A stretch of DNA of 64,000 nt from Eledone cirrhosa (taxonomy: Eukaryota), in assembly GCA_964016885.1 (NCBI GenBank), contig OZ024743.1, positions 165,912,001 through 165,976,000 of the forward strand. The letters are read 5' to 3'. This document shows positions 1 through 12,169 of this stretch, in pieces. A program made the position numbers and the translations under genes. The notes under the pieces were generated by a model. That model did not search any database, was not told where the DNA came from, and worked only from the letters and a program-made list of their open reading frames with translations. The first letter of the stretch is position 1, and each line of letters begins with the position of its first letter.

Positions 1-860
1 ATAACGTAGCTAACTACTACAATAATGCCGTGATTAGAGCAGGTTACAAAGAGAAAATTAGATATATACCTAACCGAAGAAGCAGCGTAACAATTAATAG
101 TGACGCATTCGTTGGAATCAATGGTGGGGAAAACCCGGTAAAAAATAACCCACCCACCTTGGGAAGTGAAACTACAAAACAACGGTGGAAATATATAGAT
201 AAAACCAACAATAGAACTAATCCTAGAAGAATAGAAAACTTAGGCGAAATCAATTCCGGACACCATATAAGGAACATAGATCCGGCTTTACCCACCACAG
301 ATGAGGAAGATACCAGCAAAATGAACAGAGGGGGGGGGGCACAGCCACGATGTAAACTCAAGTAAGAACCAGGAACAAACGGGTCACCGCCCATACCACG
401 AACCGGGAACCTCCGTTCTGCAGAATGACTATCAACATAACCAACCCGGTAGGAGCGGCGGGCACGACCATTCCACGATCCCGCGACTGGGACGTAATAC
501 CTATCGGAACAGGGCCGGGACCGGAATCAACAGCAGAAAGAGAACCCTTTTCCGCAACATTATGATAGTTCTACTTTGAATGTGCTAATTCACGTAGCTT
601 CTCAATAGATAAACTTTTGTTCCGAGACCCTATTAACTCCTTCAAATCTTCCACATTGACAATTTGCACTATGCCTTTAATGGTCAGCTCAAGAATCACT
701 ACTATTTATTCGTCAAATTCCAGAAACAATTGCATGCTTCTGATCATAGTTTCTTCCAAACTTTCTTCATTCAGTTCTTGGTTACTTTGTCCGAGATTGC
801 TTTGATATTATCTATAAATATTTTACCAAACGTCTCCGATACTAACTGTATGTATGGTCC
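1..860 (+). mobile_element. Probable Penelope-like element fragment (post-RT region plus 3' non-coding)
   Basis: Translation NVANYYNNAVIRAGYKEKIRY resembles the post-RT HYNQALNEA segment of the PLE at ~58180; no catalytic motifs visible. Confidence 0.35.
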
Positions 861-910
861 CGTAACTCCTGGGGGAGTCGTTGTCGCGCCGTATTGAAGA
901 TACTAGTGGT

Positions 911-965
911 GAAGAAGAAGAAGAAGAAGAAGAAGAAGAAGAAGAAGAAGAAGAAGAAGAAGAAG
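911..965. repeat. (GAA)n microsatellite
   Basis: Pure GAA run; similar runs at 2295-2362, 6275-6318 and 48237-48341. Confidence 0.95.
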
Positions 966-1409
966 ATATTGCCTTCATTGAGAATTTCTTATATGAGAAA
1001 CGAACATTGACTAGTTTTTTTTCCAAACTTTATGAAACGTTTTTTTCTACCCGCTTGCCAAACTGTAAGTAAACTTGCTTTATTTGGAATAATGGAGCAC
1101 ATAACTTGTGAGAAGGGGCGCATAATGAAGAGCTATTCTCGGGCGCCAAATATCACTGCACAGGCCAGGCCAACTACCATAACATTCCTGTTAAAGATTA
1201 GAATAAGCAAAAAAAATAAAAATAAACTTGACCCAGATGAAATGCCAGATTAACTTGTACTGCTCCAAGCGATTCAGATTAAAAACAAAAGTAAAACATT
1301 TTTGTTTCTTTGGGGTTTTGTGTTACATAACCATCGTGTATAGCAGGATTGAGGAAAATTACTCATAACCCTTCCCTCTCCTACTTTCCTACCCACCTTC
1401 ATAACACGC

Positions 1410-1530
1410 AAGAAGCCAAGAACACAGTCCGTACTTGTTCGGTTGATCTGCTAGAAATAGCAGCCAAATCACCCTCAAATCACACCCTACTGTTCTTAAA
1501 ATAGGTAGGACGCATTACATAATGTAATAT
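1410..1530 (+). mobile_element. SINE-like dispersed repeat fragment
   Basis: Core tagaaatagcagc recurs reverse-complemented (gctgctatttctgg) at ~26805, in a 26655-26840 block that also resembles 26470-26540. Confidence 0.35.
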
Positions 1531-1990
1531 TACATACAGTATTATACGGCCCCTTAATTGTAGAGCTAACTCAGTTGAATGGACTCGGCTGCAATTTCTA
1601 GCTGTCGATAATCCTATTCACGCCACTGGGATGACGCTGTGCGATGTGTGTATTTTTATAAAAATGTAACACGTGGTTCGAGTCATTCACAGATTTGCAT
1701 TTGCTTTGTAAACGCAGATAGTTATTTTCTTCTCCTTTGGTGACCATCCAGGAATTGATTACTGTGATTTACTGGTTAATTTGTGAAATATATTTCTTAC
1801 TTAAAGATATATATACAAAGGAGATTAATCATTTTAAAAGGTATCTATATTTGAAGTTCTAGTTAAACTTTAATTACCTACCTACCTAGCTAGCTATGTG
1901 TACTTACATTCTTTACAAATTATTCCCTGTGATTGTTCCATATGTTTATTTATATATATATATATATCAATCTATTTCTAGTTGATATAT

Positions 1991-2041
<51 letters not shown>

Positions 2042-2141
2042 GAGGTTATATTTAATTTGTTGGGATTCAGGAAGCTCCAACCGTTAAGGTTGTCTTTTTT
2101 CAGGGTATGTCAATATTTATTTATAAAACAAATCTGTATTA

Positions 2142-2207
2142 TATTTTATCTGATGAAAGCGCACCATAATTTGCCTTGGTGGCCCTTGAAATATGTATAA
2201 TAAAATA
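2142..2207 (+). ncRNA. Type I hammerhead ribozyme motif in a PLE-like end
   Basis: tattttat-CTGATGA-aagcgcacca/tggtggccctt-GAAA-tatgta-TA-ataaaata: perfect 8-bp stem I, extendable (ttataaaac/gttttataa). Confidence 0.8.
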
Positions 2208-2249
2208 AATATGGTTTTATAAATATAGTTTCCATTTGTTAATATATTG

Positions 2250-2295
<46 letters not shown>

Positions 2296-2775
2296 AAGAA
2301 GAAGAAGAAGAAGAAGAAGAAGAAGAAGAAGAAGAAGAAGAAGAAGAAGAAGAAGAAGAAGAAAGATGATAGATAGGTAGATACATAGAGAAACAGGCAG
2401 ACATAAGTAGATAGAGATGTGTTTATTATAAAATGTGAATAGCTGTATGATCACTGCGACAACATGACCCACTTTAGTTGAAAATATGAATATCATAATC
2501 ACAATCAACGCTCTCTGTAAACTTATTTCTCCCTCTGCCACCCCTCTCCCACTCCTTATCTCGCTCCCTCTTTTTACGCCCTCTCTCCCTCTTTCCCCCT
2601 CTCTCTCCCTCTCTTCCAATCGCCCTCTCCCTCTCTTCCAATCCCCCTCTCCCTCTCTTCCAATCCCCCTCTCCCTCTCTATCTCTGCATATATATATAC
2701 ATATACATATATATATATATTAAAATTAAATGAGAAAAAAACTAATTACGGGAGAATATATATATATATATATAT

Positions 2776-3546
2776 AAATGCAAAAAATGAAACGAAATTT
2801 CATTTCTCACTCTTAGTACGGCTGTTATTTAAATATAAGTATGTATACGTACATACATATATGTATACAGACGTACAGTAGTATGTATATATATATACAT
2901 ACATGCACACATATTTAAGTAACAGCCGTACTAAGAGTGAGAAATTAAATTTATTTCCTTTTTTCCATTTATCGTTTTCGGTGCGCCGGGCCGATTAACT
3001 CACTCGATATGCAAATTAGGCTGCTCAGCCGTTAATATGCGTAAGGAAAGTATATACTTTCAGACGTCCAATCATCTGGCAGGAAGGTATACGGTGCTGA
3101 CGATAGCTAATAAACTTGAAACTAGTACATCGTTCCTTTGTCAGTGTTGAACAAATGAGCAACGATGGTTGCTAAACACTGTACGGCTTAATTCGGGATG
3201 TTTGTTTACAAACAAACCGAGCATTATAATAAATGTTCGGTAAATCCATACGTACATATATATATGTGTGCATGTATGTATATATATATACATACTACTG
3301 TACGTCTGTATACATATATGTATGTACGTATACATACTTATATATAAACGGAAAAAATGAAACGAAATTTCATTTCTCACTCTTAGTACGGCTGTTACTT
3401 AAATATAAGTATGTATACGTATATATGTATACAGACGTACAGTACGTCTGTATACATATATGTATGTACATATATGTATGTACGTATATGTATGTACGTA
3501 TACATGTCTGTACGTCTGTATACATATATGTATGTACGTATACATA

Positions 3547-3550
<4 letters not shown>
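2776..3550. mobile_element. Non-coding hammerhead repeat family: one + unit (~2915-3340) flanked by two partial inverted copies
   Basis: Same sequence as 8095-8840 and 16058-16940; 2776-2890 and 3346-3550 are reverse complements of the unit end. Confidence 0.85.
3091..3133 (+). ncRNA. Minimal type I hammerhead ribozyme motif
   Basis: acggtg-CTGACGA-tagctaataaactt-GAAA-ctag-TA-catcgt; stem I acggtg/catcgt, palindromic ACTAGT stem III. Confidence 0.8.
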
Positions 3551-3627
<77 letters not shown>

Positions 3628-4739
3628 TCCAGTATATATACAGTGTTGTATATATACAAACAACACTGAAAGAAGCATACCATCCTCCTCCTCCTCATTC
3701 ACCAGCTTGTGTGCTTCTTCTATTGACGAACAAAATCAATAGTGTTCTCAATTCTTTCTATCAAGGAGTTCTGTGCGAATTAACCAACAGCAAAGAGATT
3801 CTGCTATATGACAGAAAGCAGCTTTTCTGGGATGCCATCTAAAACGTTTAAGCAGGGTGGTGGAGGTTGTAGTCATGGTTGTGCCGTGGTGGTTGTGGTG
3901 GTGGTATTGATGGTGCCCTTGTTTTTGTTTTTGCTGTCGTTGTTGTCGTTGTTGCTGTTATTGAAAGTGGGTAGGGGGTGCTACTGCTGCTGCTGCTACA
4001 GGCATCTGATAAGCATCACCTGCAACACACATTTTATAATCTTATCTGAAAATATTCTTTTTCTTTTTGAAAAGCCGCCACGATGCAGATAAACTATGAA
4101 GTATAAATGATAGTCACTCCACCCTCTGAGATGGAAAATCGTGGGAATGTTGTTGTTCATCGTGGTGGTTGTGGTGTCGTTTTTAGTAATGATGGTGATG
4201 GTGATGGTGCTGCTGTTTAGTCCTTCGTCAACAATGATCGAGCAGACCAGTGATGAAAGGAATTTCAACCTTAAACCTTTCGCCTTCTTATGTGTGTCTC
4301 ATGTGTGTCCTACATTATCTAATGTGTCCTTTCTCCTTTTAAGACGGTGGCATGCAATTTGGGGGACTTTGGCTTCAATTTATAGCAGGTTAATGAAAAT
4401 GCCGAGCGGGTGGGGAGGGAGACTTTTTAAGTGGCAAGGGACGAATTTCAAGTACGAACTTATCCCTGCTGTGAAAAATAAGGAATCTTTAATTGTACAA
4501 ATCCATAGATATATAACATATATTAAACGACAGTCTTAATTTACTCGACTTTTCTATATTAATTATAAAGATTTTCTCAAATAATTTACGGAATTTTTTC
4601 TTTTTTTTCTCGATATTCCCCTAGCCCTTGACAGATCTGGCAATAAGCTCGTGCCAGATGCTAAATTTAGGCATTCTGAGTTGATAATAGGCTGATAAAA
4701 GCCAGAAGTGAAATATAGAGCCCATTTCAAACTGCTCGT

Positions 4740-6715
4740 TAAGTATATTAATAATTAGTTCTAAATACGTATGGTTTATCTATGGGTTAAAAAAGAATTC
4801 ATAATAGAAGGGCTCAAATTTATCTTGGAGAATAACTACTTCGTAAATCTAGGACTGCGATGGGCATGAAAACGGCCCCCCTCTTATGCTAACCTAGAAA
4901 AATACAGAAACTCCTTCTACCGGTGCATAGAAAATAACTGGAAGAGATATCTAGATGATTGTTTCATTCTTTGGTATGAAAGTATAGGGAGACTTAATGA
5001 ATTTAAAGCACTTCTAAATGGACTTAACACAAACATTAAATTTACAATATAATACAGCCATCAGCAACTTCCTTTCCTCGACATCCTTATAAAGAAAACT
5101 AACAACAAAATAGAAACAGACATACACTACAAGCCCACGGACTCCAAGCAATATCTTCCATTCAACTCATGCCACTCGAGACGCACTAAAATGAATATCC
5201 CTTACAACCAAGCCAAAAGAATTTACAATAGTATCTGATAGAAACACCTGTTACATACGACTACAAGAACTAAATGACACTCATTAGCAGGACCCATCAT
5301 CCCTAATTAACAATGGATTCCAACGTGCCATAAAACTCAGTATCCAGGAACTTAGACATCCCAAACTAAAGAATGAATCGAAACTGAAAGCCCTACCACA
5401 CATCTCCACACACAACCTCTAAATAATTAGGCCTTCGACACCATCCTCCAGAACATACCTTTACTAAAAAGAGACCTAAGAATGAATCAAATCCTTCAAA
5501 CGCATAAAGAGCAAAGGACAACCCAAGTCAATGAAAAATAGCCTAACACAGGCCAAAGTCCAGTCGACCTCGACAACGAAACTAACAGTAAAAAAATGCG
5601 GAAGACCCAACTATAGTATAAGCGTCAACCTAATAGAGGGATCGGAGTTCTGTTTCAAACAGGGTCAGCGATTTACGGTGAAAAACAATTTCACATGCGT
5701 ATCAGAAAACCTGATATATGTGTTGACTTGCTCAGGCTATCGAGAGCAGTACATAGGACAGACTAAAAACAGTTTTCGTCAGCATATGACCATTCATAGA
5801 TCCCAAATTAAGATACGGGAATACAGAAAAATAGCACTGAGTGAACACATTGCGCCTCTAATGAACAACCCAAATTCAGAGTGTTTCCCCGTTATACATT
5901 CAAAGACAACGCTACCCAAAATCAACGCATTAGCAAAGAATCATACTTTATCACAAAATACGAACACCGTTTAAATGCATCCACCACAGACGAAACTGCA
6001 GCAAACAGCCATTAATAACTCCAAGGGACAAATTAAGAACGACAGTATTTCCTACAGAAATACTAAGAAAGATAGATATATTTAGAAACAGTTACTACTT
6101 CAGGTCAATTTTAGGTCACTCTACCATTAAGGTCAGTCCCACCGACAGTTTCTATTACTACTACTAATAATAATAATAATAATATTACTACTACACCTCC
6201 CCGTCGCTTCCTTCTGCTTCTCCTTCGTCTTTTTCTCCCTCCTTTACTATACCCCTATTATTACTACCACACTTTCTTCTTCTTCTTCTTCTTCTTCTTC
6301 TTCTTCTTCTTCTTCTTCTACTACTACTACTACTACTACTACTACTGCTGCTGCAATTGAAGTCAACAGCCAGTTAGATAGTAACAGGGAACAACCCAAC
6401 TTCTATTTTACCTGCTTCTACCACCAAACCTCCAAGGAAGAGAGAGAGATAGAGAGAGGGGGGGAGAGAGAGAGATTAATGAAAATGTGATTTTTTATAT
6501 ATATATGTAAACTATGTTCTCTAATTGTTCTCTTCTAATTAATATTCACCTTAATTTTATTATATACTTTTTATCATAATTCCTGTAACTTGAAGGGGCC
6601 GAAATATCTATCGGCTGCAGCCGATACTATAAATTAATTTTAAAAAAATATTTTGCTGTTTTCCTATGAGAAAATTCTATTAACATTCTCTATTTTTTTC
6701 TTATTATTTTCCTAA
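4740..6715 (+). mobile_element. Degenerate Penelope-like retroelement (RT C-terminal part + GIY-YIG, Neptune-like) with 3' UTR
   Basis: KFILENNYF, AMGMKTAP, WKRYLDDCFILW, LPFLDILI; ORF 5531-5974 FTCVSENLIYVLTC...YIGQT; frameshifts and stops. Confidence 0.85.
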
Positions 6716-6727
6716 TATATATATATA

Positions 6728-6872
6728 TTAGCAGACTGGCCGATCAGTCAGATCTGGATAAAAGCAGATCCACTGATCAGCCAACAAATCTGGCTGATCG
6801 GTGGATCTGCTAATATGCAGATCTGACTGATCGGCCAGTCTGCTAATATGCAAACCAGGCCGATCAGTCACT
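6728..6872. repeat. Nested fold-back built from a ~20-nt gatc-rich unit
   Basis: 6728-6756 is the reverse complement of 6818-6846; inner hairpin agcagatccactgatcagcca/tggctgatcggtggatctgct. Confidence 0.85.
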
Positions 6873-7357
6873 GTATATTTTAGAAAATAGCATATATTTT
6901 CACTAGCTCTGACAGTTGGCAGGTGAACAGTGAGCTGTACTGTTGAAGGGTTATACCCAGAAACATTAGTGTCTGCACTTCTGTTTACATGCCAACACAA
7001 AAGCAAGAATGAAGGGTTCATTCTACTGACATGGCTATAAAAATGAGGCTTGTTTGCATAATTCCAAACGAAGCGAATGTTATTATTAATATTCGAAAAA
7101 CTCAGATTACATTTATATATATGTGTGTGGGGGGTGTATAAGGGATAACAAAATATCGTTATAGGTAATCCAGTTAGAGGTTATGAATACTTCGTAATAT
7201 GGATTGTTTTAGCGTACGGCGTTGTTTGACTCAACAAGGGGTTTACGTAGGTGGCGGGTTTATGATTTCACTTGTATTCCTATGTAAGTTTATCTTGGAG
7301 TAATAATATTAAAAAAGTGAAGAATAACATGGTCAACAGTACAAAAAAAAGGGGTTT

Positions 7358-7479
7358 ATTTACAGTCTGACAATTGTTTCACTGATTAAGTTGTCTAACA
7401 ATTGCTGAATACTTGAAGCAGTGCCACTCAATTTTAAATATGTTGTTAGCTTAACCAGATCATCGGAGATAAATGACTG
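7358..7479 (-). ncRNA. Hammerhead ribozyme motif with long stem II, in a probable PLE 3' end (~7130-8080)
   Basis: Minus strand: tct-CCGATGA-tctggttaag...cttaatcagt-GAAA-caattg-TC-aga; palindromic ACAATTGT stem III. Confidence 0.7.
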
Positions 7480-8094
7480 TTATTTGTTCAGAATTCAAAT
7501 TAAAGCATCATTAATAATATTGATAATAAAGATAGAAAGAGAAAAAAGACAGAGAGATAGAAAGAAGAAAGAAAGAAGAAAAAAACGAAAAAGGAGAAAG
7601 GCAAACAGAGAAAGATATAGAGAAAAAAGACAGAGAGGAAAAAGAGGAGAGAAAAGGATAAAGAAGAAATTAAAGGTAAATAAAAATAAAAATAAAGGGA
7701 AAATAATATCAACAATAAATGAATAAATGCTAATAAATGAATAAATGCTAATAAATAAGTGCTAATAAACATTGAGGATGATACAAAACAATACAAAATA
7801 TGAAAATAAATAAATAAAAAATGTTTATATGTGCGTAGAAAAGTAAACATAGTAAGATTATTGAGAGTAGTTGTGGTGTTGGTGGTTAAATTATAGAGAT
7901 ATGATGGTATAAACATGAAAATCTTAAATATATTTATGTGTGTATTAGTTACATTAATAAATTAATTATATAATTAATTAATTATTTGATTAATTAATTG
8001 CAAGTTATATTAGAAGTGAAAATAATATGGTAAGATGAAATAAGATAAAATGCAAGAGATGAAATAAATTTAGGGAGAGAATTATATATACATA

Positions 8095-8173
8095 ATTTGT
8101 TTACAAACGAACAAAGCGAACATTATAATAAATGTTCGGTAAACTGATACGTGCATATATATATGTGTGCCTG

Positions 8174-8234
<61 letters not shown>

Positions 8235-8660
8235 GCTACTGTACGTCTGTATACATATATGTATGTACGTATACATACATACTTACATTTAAGTAAGTGC
8301 CGTACTAAGAGTGAGAAATGAAATTTCGTTTCATTCTATTCCATTTATCGTTTTCGGTGCGCCTGGCCGACTGAACTCACTCGATTTTGCAAATTAGGCT
8401 GCTCAGCCGTTAATTTTCATAAGGAAAGTATATACTTTCGGACGTTCAACCATCTGGCAGAAAGGTATACGGTGCTGACAATAGCTAACAAGCTTGAAAC
8501 TAGTACATCGTTCCTGTGTCAGTGTTGAACAAAAAGGTGACGTGGTGGCCTAAACACTGTACGGCGTAAATCAGGCTGTTCGTTTGTTTACAAACGAACA
8601 AAGCGAACATTATAATAAATGTTCGGTAAACTGATACGTGCATATATATATGTGTGCCTG

Positions 8661-8727
<67 letters not shown>

Positions 8728-8838
8728 GCTACTGTACGTCTGTATACATATATGTATGTACGTATACATACATACTTACATTTAAGTAAGTGCCGTACTA
8801 AGAGTGAGAAATGAAATTTCGTTTCATTCTATTCCATT

Positions 8839-8840
<2 letters not shown>
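8095..8840 (+). mobile_element. Hammerhead repeat family, ~1.5 tandem units
   Basis: 8095-8345 repeats at 8582-8839; hammerhead at 8469-8511 has a mutated core (CTGACAA). Confidence 0.85.
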
Positions 8841-8881
<41 letters not shown>

Positions 8882-8903
8882 GTATATATATATGTATATA
8901 TAA

Positions 8904-8990
<87 letters not shown>

Positions 8991-8991
8991 C

Positions 8992-9036
<45 letters not shown>

Positions 9037-9120
9037 TATATAGGTATATATATATATACATATATATATATATGTATATACATATATAAATATATGTATA
9101 TATGTATACATATATATATA

Positions 9121-10126
9121 TTGTTATACTTTGGGAGGGTCATGTTGCCAATAAGAAACACACGCACCAGTTGCTTTCACTTCAATTTATTATAATAAAT
9201 TTAGGAATTTATAAATTTCCGGATGGTTGGTTCCACAACCAGATAGTTGTTTATATATTGTCAAACATTCTGTGACCTCTTCGGTGACTGGGGATTCTTT
9301 TCTTTGTTTTTGTGCCTCTCCTTTGTTCTGTCCTACCCCATCTTGTTTCTGCATGTGTGCTGTGTGCTCAGTCTGCGCATGCGCCACATCCGAGTGTCTG
9401 TGTGTGTTTATATTCGTTTATTTATTTGTTTATTTACATGTTACTGGTTGGTTGTTTGTCCTATGTGTGTGTGTGTTTTCATTCTGTCCTTAATTGCAAG
9501 TTGTGATGTTGCTGTTCCATTCATGTTTTCTATTTAATTTTGGTTGGAGTTCATTTATGTTTTTTGCCTCTGTGATTTGTCTAAACATTGCGTCTTTTCT
9601 GTGTGTAGATTCTATTTCTATTTTTATGTTCTCTAATTTACCCTTATGTTCTATTTTAGCATGTTGGTAGAGTACAGATGATTCTTTACTATCTTGAAGG
9701 TCTCGCCAGTGTTCATTTATCCGTTCCCCTATACTACATGTAAATAAACAAATAAATAAACGAATATAAACACTCACAGACACCCGGATGTGGCGCATGC
9801 GCAGACTGAGCACACAGCACACACACAGAAACAAGATGGCGTAGGACAGAACAAAGGAGAGGCACAAAACAAAGAAAAGAATCCCCAGTCACTGAAGAGG
9901 TCACAGAATGTGTGACGAAAGAACTTTGACAATATATAAACAACTATCTGGTTGTGGAACCAACCAACCGGAAATTTATAAATTCCTAAATTTATTATAA
10001 TAAATTGAAGTGAAAGCAACTGGTACGTGTTTTTTCTTATTGGCAACATGGCCCTCCCAAAGTATAACAATATCGGTTTCAACACACGTTTTCAGATAAA
10101 GAATGTTGCTAAACAAATTCAGAAAC

Positions 10127-10128
<2 letters not shown>
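9121..10128. mobile_element. Inverted pair of PLE 3' ends (GIY-YIG C-terminus on -, pLTR plus tail on +)
   Basis: 9121-9441 is the reverse complement of 9736-10070; SIGERINEH...LNRKHEW on the minus strand; same family as 22261-23545. Confidence 0.9.
9888..9930 (+). ncRNA. Type I hammerhead ribozyme motif in PLE pLTR
   Basis: gtca-CTGAAGA-g-gtcac/gtgac-GAAA-gaac-TT-tgac; intact copy at 22416-22458 (-), GAAA-deleted copy at ~9260-9290 (-). Confidence 0.75.
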
Positions 10129-10160
<32 letters not shown>

Positions 10161-10190
10161 CATATATATATGTATATATATATACATATA

Positions 10191-10661
<471 letters not shown>

Positions 10662-10703
10662 CATATATATATGTATATATATATATACATATATATATAT
10701 ATG

Positions 10704-11207
10704 TGTAGCGACGTGGTTAGTCAGTCTAGTCACTACTTCTGATCAGATCTGAGAATAACCCTTAGAAGGACTGTTATCGCATACGGTCTGATCAGATCCG
10801 AAGATAGCCCTTAAAAGGACTGTTGTCGCATATAGCCCTTAAAAGAACTGTTGAGGATGGACAGACGAAAGCACAAGTTGAAAGGACGAAGTAAGGCGAG
10901 ATGTAAATTCGATCAGCTATATATTTTCACATGAAGCGACGACACGAGGTACAAGGCACTGCCTGTGTGAGTGGCAAAGCGTGGCAGAGGCGAGGAACAA
11001 CGATGCGCTAGCTGACTCTGCCAAAAGTCAACTCCTGAAGTGTTGGGAACCACTCTATTTATACAGAAATAATCGTTTGATGTTTAGCCGATGTGTAGGC
11101 GTTTATTCTGGTAGGTTCTAAGGGTTCTTTTGTTTCACGTTGAAGTAGCTAGCTAACAGGTAGATGGCGCTATATATTTCACAGATGTTATTTCCGGTGG
11201 CTGTACA
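10704..11207 (-). repeat. 3' LTR
   Basis: Direct repeat of 15198-15697; internal ~48-nt tandem subrepeats. Confidence 0.95.
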
Positions 11208-12169
11208 TTAGCACCCTGCCAGATCTTTTGTACAACAAAAGAGCGAAATATCGTATAGTAATGGGCCAGTGGTGCATTTGTCATGACAATGGCCCTAGGA
11301 GTGTCCAGCACGTTGTGAAATTTTGTGATCATCGAGTACAGGACAGAGTCGATGTAGAGATGATATGGCAAGATGTGTGTGTCAGGAAGAGAGAAAAGAA
11401 ATAAACTATAAAATGACTTTGACCAGATTTATGCAGGCGTGATGAATGAGCCTGTTGCAATTTCGGTTGAGCTGCCTGTGAATTGCGTGACAAAAAGTCT
11501 AACTGGGCACTGAAGATAACTGTAATGTGTGAACTGAATGGCTGTAAGCATGCTGCATAAAAGTAACAGCTTGCTCCACAGCATATGACTTGAGCGAATG
11601 CATGTGGTAAAAAAAAAATAGCGAGGCATTCTCGAGCTATTGAGTGAATGTGTACGTGAAAACAGAAGGCCAGTGTTTTGAGGCTGCAATTTGTGAAATG
11701 CGTGATCAAAGAGAAAACCGTTTGTAGTGTAAGAGTTAGAGGGACACAAATATCTATTGCTCAGTGTATGAACTAAAAGGTGAAACAAACGTGGTTTTGT
11801 AGTGTGCATTAAAAACAGAATATGTACACGCCTTGTATGTATATAAAAATTATGGCAATTACACAATCAATGTTACAGAACAAGAAAAATATAAATTTTT
11901 GCAAAACAAGAGAGTGAAGAAAAAAAAATGTTATACACAATGATATACACAATGTTTGTTCTTAAATAGAGTTTGTAATAAATAATGTTCATAATAAATA
12001 ATGTTCTTCGTGACATGAGCACATGGTCACTAAAAATTGCAATTGTTCAAGCAGAAAGTTCATTGTATTTGAAACTAGAAATAGTAAACACAAGAAAAAT
12101 GGAAATGTTTTGCACGAAGACTGATTAAGAAACTCACTTGAGGTTAACGGTAATTCACATATTGTGCCA

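Noticed and set aside
3700-4540. Short ORFs as possible host exons
   Set aside because: Low-complexity trinucleotide repeats, no recognisable domain or consistent splice pattern
6583-6625. Hammerhead-like TTGAAGG-ggcc-GAAA-tatcta-TC at a PLE end
   Set aside because: Two core mismatches and a poor stem I; likely a decayed copy, not called
7265-7305. Possible seventh tail hairpin (tactc...gaata on minus strand)
   Set aside because: GAGT is not intact and the bulge geometry does not match
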